Of a stretch of 64,000 nt of DNA, positions 58,901-64,000 are shown piece by piece. Within the stretch, counting starts at the first letter, position 1, and each line of letters opens with the position of its first letter. Position numbers and translations under genes: made by a program. Under the pieces are notes generated by a model. It was not told the origin of the DNA. It ran no database searches and saw only the letters and a list, made by a program, of their open reading frames with translations. Source of the DNA: a bacterium (GTDB lineage Bacteria; UBA8248; JACPRG01; G963555815); contig CAUVWX020000002.1 of NCBI GenBank assembly GCA_963555815.3, forward strand, positions 416,001 to 480,000, in the 5' to 3' direction.

Positions 58901-59635
58901 TCAAAGCCTCCCCTCGGCCCTGGCTTCCTCTTGGAGGCGACGAATACCTGACATGATGACATCCGTGATGGCCTGCCTCGTTTCTTTGGAGGAAGACTGA
59001 TCTAGCAATCCCTGGAGGTCCAAGGGCTTCCCGAATCGGACACCCAGGCGTTGGCCAATTCGAACTCGCTTTCCCACCAGCTCCCACGGCGGAATGGCTC
59101 TATCGGTCCCCCACACCACCGTTGGGATGACGACGGGTCGTGCGGCGTGAACGAGGCCCCCAATCGGGCGTTTTCCTGGCAGGAGGTTTCCGTCTGTGGT
59201 CCGAGTCCCTTCCGGAAAGATGAGGACCTTTCCCGACCGCATGGCCGTGATGATCTTGCGGATCGCTCTCAGGTCCCGACCGGTCCGCTCTATGGAAATG
59301 ACTCGATAACTTCGAAAAAGCCGCCGAAGGAAGGGGGTCCGGAACAGCTCAGCCTTGCCCACCGCCCGGATGAGCTGAGTGGGATAGCGTGTCAAGATAG
59401 CTGCCGGAATCACAGTCGGGTCTAGGTCCGAGATGTGGTTGCTGACGACGAGAACCGGGCCAGTAGCAGGAATATTCTCTAGTCCCTCAAAGGAAGTGCA
59501 ATTCAGGATCTTAAGATAGAAGAGCACAACGCCCAGCGAAAACCAGATCCAGCAAAGCCAGAGAACCTGACGAAATCTCTGACCCAGAGCCCGGATGGCC
59601 CCGGCTCCAACAGTATCTGGTTCCGTCATCGTCAT
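58901..59635 (-). CDS. Lysophospholipid acyltransferase (PlsC-like)
   Basis: NHISDLD, KAELF, IFPEGTR. Confidence 0.9.
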   Translation of the reverse strand: MTMTEPDTVGAGAIRALGQRFRQVLWLCWIWFSLGVVLFYLKILNCTSFEGLENIPATGPVLVVSNHISDLDPTVIPAAILTRYPTQLIRAVGKAELFRTPFLRRLFRSYRVISIERTGRDLRAIRKIITAMRSGKVLIFPEGTRTTDGNLLPGKRPIGGLVHAARPVVIPTVVWGTDRAIPPWELVGKRVRIGQRLGVRFGKPLDLQGLLDQSSSKETRQAITDVIMSGIRRLQEEARAEGRL

Positions 59636-59763
59636 GGTCCTCTCATCATCGCGCTTAATCGCGCTTAAGTATAGAGGGCCTCCCGCGGCTTTGCAATATC
59701 ACCCCCGCCGCGAGTGCCTCTTGCATCTGTCCTGATGCCTGCGTTATAAACGTTTCTGCCATT

Positions 59764-61158
59764 GTGGCGAAAGGGCCATCTGAAGAGAGCTTGTCGGTGA
59801 CTGTTAACGCCGAGATTTTCCGAGAATATGATATCCGCGGCATCGTGGAAGAGGACCTGGATGTCCTGACGATCCGCTCCATCGGCCGGGGGATTGGGAC
59901 ATACCTGAGCGGACAAAGCGGAGGAACGCTAGCCGTCGGGAGGGACAGCCGTCTGAGCTCCCCGGCCGTCCGCGTGAGCCTTATCGACGGGCTTCGGGCC
60001 TCGGGTTGCAACGTGATCGATATTGGCATGGTGCCGACCCCCGTCCTCTATTTCGCCCTTCATCACCTGGACGTCCAGGGGGGGGTGATGGTGACAGGCA
60101 GCCACAATCCCCCAGAGTACAACGGGTTTAAGATCAACCGGGGGGAGCAGAGCCTGGCGGGAGAGGAGATCCGCGCCATTCACCGCATCATCGAGGAGCG
60201 AGCCTATTCGGAGGGAAATGGCATCGCTCGGCCGGCCGATGTCATGGCAGCCTACCGAACTCTCGTGGAATCTAAGTTTTCATTCTCCCGCTCCCTCAAG
60301 GTGGTGGTGGACGCTGGGAACGGGGTCGCGGGAGCCGTGGCGGTCCCTATCCTGGAAGCCTTTGGCCACACGGTTTTTCCTCTCTACTGCGATCCCGATG
60401 GGCATTTCCCAAATCACCACCCGGACCCCTCGGTTCCGGAAAACCTGGCCGATCTCAGCGCCTTCGTCTTGCAAGAGGGCGCCGATCTCGGCATCGCCTT
60501 TGACGGTGACGGCGACCGCCTGGGGGCGGTGGATGAGAGGGGGAACATCCTCTGGCCGGACCAGCTACTCATCCTCTTTGCACGCGACCTCCTCGCCCAT
60601 CGGCCAGGAGCCCCCATTATCTTTGACGTGAAGTGCACCCAAAATCTCCCACGGGCGATCGAGATGGCCGGCGGCCAACCCATCATGTGGAAGGCCGGAC
60701 ACTCCCTCATCAAGAAGAAGCTGCGGGCAGAGGGGTCCCCTTTGGGTGGAGAATTCTCAGGGCATTTCTTTTTCGCGGACGACTACTTCGGTTACGATGA
60801 CGCCCTCTATGCCGCCCTCCGTCTCGTGGATCTCCTCTGCCGGGCGGAAACACCCCTCTCCTCCCTGCTCGCCGACCTCCCCAGGCTTTATAGCTCTCCA
60901 GAGTTGAAATTTTCCTGTCCCGACGCAGAAAAGTTTCAGGTGGTGGAAGCGTTAAAGGATCGCTTGAGGGACCGATATCATTTCCTTGAAATAGATGGTA
61001 TTAGAATAGAATTCGAGGACGGCTGGGGGCTGATCCGGGCCTCCAACACCACGCCCGCCTTGACGGCCCGATTTGAGGCCAAAAGTCCGGAGCGGCTGAA
61101 GGCCATCCAAGAGGAGATCCTCGATCATCTCAAGGCCTTCTCCTCCGTCGAGGCCTGA
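59764..61158 (+). CDS. Phosphomannomutase/phosphoglucomutase
   Basis: FREYDIRG, TGSHNP, DGDGDR, GEFSGH, RASNT; start may be GTG 59797. Confidence 0.95.
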   Translation: MAKGPSEESLSVTVNAEIFREYDIRGIVEEDLDVLTIRSIGRGIGTYLSGQSGGTLAVGRDSRLSSPAVRVSLIDGLRASGCNVIDIGMVPTPVLYFALHHLDVQGGVMVTGSHNPPEYNGFKINRGEQSLAGEEIRAIHRIIEERAYSEGNGIARPADVMAAYRTLVESKFSFSRSLKVVVDAGNGVAGAVAVPILEAFGHTVFPLYCDPDGHFPNHHPDPSVPENLADLSAFVLQEGADLGIAFDGDGDRLGAVDERGNILWPDQLLILFARDLLAHRPGAPIIFDVKCTQNLPRAIEMAGGQPIMWKAGHSLIKKKLRAEGSPLGGEFSGHFFFADDYFGYDDALYAALRLVDLLCRAETPLSSLLADLPRLYSSPELKFSCPDAEKFQVVEALKDRLRDRYHFLEIDGIRIEFEDGWGLIRASNTTPALTARFEAKSPERLKAIQEEILDHLKAFSSVEA

Positions 61159-61160
61159 GG

Positions 61161-61772
61161 ATGCTGAGAGGTCTCTTCGACTGGGTCGTCAGCTGGGCAC
61201 AGACACCGTATGGGGTGTGGGCCCTTGGGATCCTGGCCTTCACCGAATCCTCTTTCTTTCCCATCCCCCCCGATCCACTGCTGATTGTGCTGGCCCTTGG
61301 GGATCCTAGCCGAGCCCTGTGGTACGCTCTCCTCGCCTCGATCGCGTCGGTCCTGGGCGGGATGCTCGGCTACCTGATTGGGTGGGGCTTTATGGAGGCA
61401 GTGGGAAACCGCATTATGGACTTCTACGGGGGGCGCCGGAGGTTCGACGCCATCAAAGCTCTTTATGATCGGTATGACGCCTGGGCGGTCGGCATTGCCG
61501 GGTTCACTCCCATCCCCTACAAGCTTTTCACCATCTCCGCAGGTGTCTTCCGGATCAACTTCAAGGTGTTCGTCTTGGTCTCCGCCGTCAGCCGGTCGGC
61601 CCGCTTCTTCCTCGTGGCGGGGGTCATCTATCTCTTCGGAGAATCGATCCAATCATTCATTGACCAGTATTTCAATCTCCTCTCCCTCCTCTTTGTCATC
61701 CTGCTTGTCCTGGGATTTGTGGTCGTGCGTTGGGGCCTCAATCGGACGGCTCAACCGCAATCGAGTCGATGA
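61161..61772 (+). CDS. YqaA/DedA family membrane protein
   Basis: FTESSFFPIPPD, GFTPIPYK, SRSARF. Confidence 0.9.
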   Translation: MLRGLFDWVVSWAQTPYGVWALGILAFTESSFFPIPPDPLLIVLALGDPSRALWYALLASIASVLGGMLGYLIGWGFMEAVGNRIMDFYGGRRRFDAIKALYDRYDAWAVGIAGFTPIPYKLFTISAGVFRINFKVFVLVSAVSRSARFFLVAGVIYLFGESIQSFIDQYFNLLSLLFVILLVLGFVVVRWGLNRTAQPQSSR

Positions 61773-62857
61773 GAAATCGCAAAGCGTACGCGGTCATCTT
61801 GGCAGGTGGAGCCGGGAGCCGTCTCTGGCCCATCAGTCGACGGGCCCGTCCCAAGCCCCTCCTCCAGTTGGGCGATCACCGCACGCTGTTACAGACCACG
61901 GTAGGTCGCTTGAAGGGCCTCATCCCTGCCTCGCGAACCCTGGTGGTAGCCGCTCGGGAAAGGGCCAGGGACATCCGGTCCCAACTGCCCGACTTGCCGC
62001 GGAAAAATCTCCTGCTGGAGCCCATCGGGAGAAATACGGCCGCCTCCCTTGGCCTCGCCGCCCTCAAAGTTCACGAGCTCGATCCAAAGGGGCTCCTCGC
62101 TGTCCTTCCGGCGGACCATCAGATCTCAGATGCCCCCGGGCTGCGCCGCCTCCTCAAGGCCGCGCTGGCGTGGGCCCAAGAGACGGAGGACATCGTCATC
62201 TTTGGCGTCCGCCCTGACCGCCCCGAGACAGGATACGGCTACATCCGTCGCGGGGAGCCGGTGGGGCGCGCAGGGGCCTGGACGGTCCACCGCGCCACCG
62301 CTTTCGTAGAGAAGCCCGGCCTAAGACGCGTCCGTCAGTATCTGTCCGACGGGCAATATGAATGGAATAGCGGAATGTTTGTCCTCTCCGCCGCCCGCGC
62401 GCTTTCAGAAATCAAAGGGCAAATCCCAAAGCTTCACCGGGGACTCCTTCGGCTGGGACCTACGCTGACTCACTCCAGGGGGCCTAGCCCCCAAGTGTTC
62501 CGAGGCCTTCCCGCCATCTCCATCGATCACGGCATCCTAGTCGGAGCTTCTCGGGCGGGCAGCACGGCCCTCCTCCCCTGCCGAGTGGGATGGAACGACG
62601 TGGGAGACTTTGGCGCCCTCGCCCGGCTGGCCAAAACCCGAAAGGGAGGCCATCGGGTCTGGGGGACCCACCTTGGCATCGAGACCCGGGACACGATCCT
62701 CTACGCCCCCGGAAAGCTCATCGCCACGCTTGGCGTCGAGAATCTCATCGTCGTAGATACCCAAGATGCCGTTCTCATCTGTCCCAAGGATCGGGCCCAA
62801 GAGGTCAGACGTCTGGTCGAGGCCCTCAGCCGAAAGGACCTGAAGAGATATCTGTGA
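61769..62857 (+). CDS. manC: Mannose-1-phosphate guanylyltransferase
   Basis: ILAGGAGSRLWPISR..PK, EPIGRNTA, PADH, PETGYGYI, FVEKP, WNSGMF. Confidence 0.92.
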   Translation: MRNRKAYAVILAGGAGSRLWPISRRARPKPLLQLGDHRTLLQTTVGRLKGLIPASRTLVVAARERARDIRSQLPDLPRKNLLLEPIGRNTAASLGLAALKVHELDPKGLLAVLPADHQISDAPGLRRLLKAALAWAQETEDIVIFGVRPDRPETGYGYIRRGEPVGRAGAWTVHRATAFVEKPGLRRVRQYLSDGQYEWNSGMFVLSAARALSEIKGQIPKLHRGLLRLGPTLTHSRGPSPQVFRGLPAISIDHGILVGASRAGSTALLPCRVGWNDVGDFGALARLAKTRKGGHRVWGTHLGIETRDTILYAPGKLIATLGVENLIVVDTQDAVLICPKDRAQEVRRLVEALSRKDLKRYL

Positions 62858-62910
62858 TCTGGTCATCCCCTTGGGTGACCGACAGGAGAAACGCTTTGTG
62901 GGGGGTCGAC

Positions 62911-63669
62911 ATGCTGCGTGACATCCTGAAGGCCCTGGGCCTTAGCCTGCTTTCTCTCCTGATTTTCTCGGCTCCCGGCTGGGCGGAGCGGGAGATCCTC
63001 CTTCAGTTCCAGGACGGGAGCGAACAGAAGATACGCCTTCCTCGCGAATCAGGCGAGGTGAGAGGCGTTGAGATCCGGGACCTGTCACCTCCGAGGACTT
63101 TCCTCTTCAGCGAGGAACTCTCTGAAGAGTTTGAAGGCCGGCGCCTGTCATCCAGATGGGACTGGCTTCGGGAACCCCGGGGACACTGGGTGGTCCGGGA
63201 GGGGCAGTTCCACCTGACCACCACCGGCACCAGCTTTTTCGGGGCTGACAACACCGCCCCTCTCCTCTACCGGCCAGCCCCCCAAGGGGATTTCGACGCC
63301 GTGACACTTGTGCTGGCAAGCCCGCGCCGGCGCTGGGAGCAGGGGGGGATATTCCTCTACCAGGACGATGACAACTACATTCGAGTGACACACGTCGGGG
63401 TGGGAGAGGAAAGCCAGATCGAAAGCATCCAGGAGATCCGGGGCCAACCTGAAGGGATTCGGGTCGCGACCTCGTCGCCGAGCGAGGTCTTCCTTCGGAT
63501 CCGGGTCGAAGGAAGCCTTGTCGAGACCGCTCATTCAGCGGACGGGGAGCAGTGGACCGTGGTGGCCCGCTACTTCCAAACCTACCCTGAACCCCAGATC
63601 GGCATCTCGGCCTTCGGCAGGACCGGCAGCCCCTTCGCCTTCGATTTCATCCGGCTCTTCGTCCCATAA
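62911..63669 (+). CDS. Secreted concanavalin-A-like (DUF1349 / beta-xylosidase C-terminal-like) protein
   Basis: Signal peptide; W.W.RE, NTAP.L, QGGIFLYQDDDNYI, FLRI, SADGEQW, FDF. Confidence 0.7.
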   Translation: MLRDILKALGLSLLSLLIFSAPGWAEREILLQFQDGSEQKIRLPRESGEVRGVEIRDLSPPRTFLFSEELSEEFEGRRLSSRWDWLREPRGHWVVREGQFHLTTTGTSFFGADNTAPLLYRPAPQGDFDAVTLVLASPRRRWEQGGIFLYQDDDNYIRVTHVGVGEESQIESIQEIRGQPEGIRVATSSPSEVFLRIRVEGSLVETAHSADGEQWTVVARYFQTYPEPQIGISAFGRTGSPFAFDFIRLFVP

Positions 63670-63694
63670 GCACTTTCCAGCCCCCAGGAGGCAG

Positions 63695-63877
63695 ATGATG
63701 AGAGACGAGCTGGATGCGGCCATCGAGCTTTATCAGGGGATGCCTCTCGCAGGCCGCACCCACTGGCGGAAGCGAGCCCTCCCCTCCATTCGGTTTGAAA
63801 GTGAAGAGGAGAAAAAGAAGTTCGTCGAAGACTTGGACCGAATCGACCAAGGTGAGGAGCCCGAGAACATTTCGTGA
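63695..63877 (+). CDS. Small hypothetical protein (60 aa)
   Basis: RBS AGGAGG then ATG; MMRDELDAAIELYQGMP...ENIS*. Confidence 0.55.
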   Translation: MMRDELDAAIELYQGMPLAGRTHWRKRALPSIRFESEEEKKKFVEDLDRIDQGEEPENIS

Positions 63878-64000
63878 AAAAGAGACAGGCCTCTACAACA
63901 CACAGAAAGAGGGCAACACTTTACGGCATCAATACCTAATCTATTGAATAAAGATATATATTATATATATTTGAAATCAATGGGATTAAAATTTATTTCA

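Overview
High-GC (~60% by eye) bacterial chromosomal window of mostly core genes; the gene content suggests a Nitrospinota/Tectomicrobia/deltaproteobacteria-like lineage (inference only). It holds tRNA-Gly, -Cys and -Gln; an EndoQ-HAD-ApgM run; an M16 peptidase pair; nagA with a D-aminoacylase; sod with a [2Fe-2S] ferredoxin; ddl; tupABC; an HlyD/ABC-2 exporter flanked by two SGNH proteins; argDFG; yajC-secDF; a lone mlaF-like ATPase; the rpsF-ssb-rpsR-yybS-rplI-dnaB-alr and TPR-lolB-like-ispE-spoVG-tRNA-prs-rplY-pth blocks; dciA; and PMM-dedA-manC. I found no CRISPR array, integrase, transposase or prophage. Most notable: (1) about nine lesions (frameshifts, in-frame TGA/TAG, an apparently lost ATG, two decayed remnants), all in dispensable genes while essential genes are intact, suggesting ongoing genome erosion; (2) a putative H-type pseudoknot leader with a PerR-like box upstream of sod; (3) a probably secreted protein made of six tandem Sm/Hfq-like units downstream of tupABC; (4) short AT-rich islands sharing an IHF-like motif. 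All calls come from reading motifs by eye; no searches were run.
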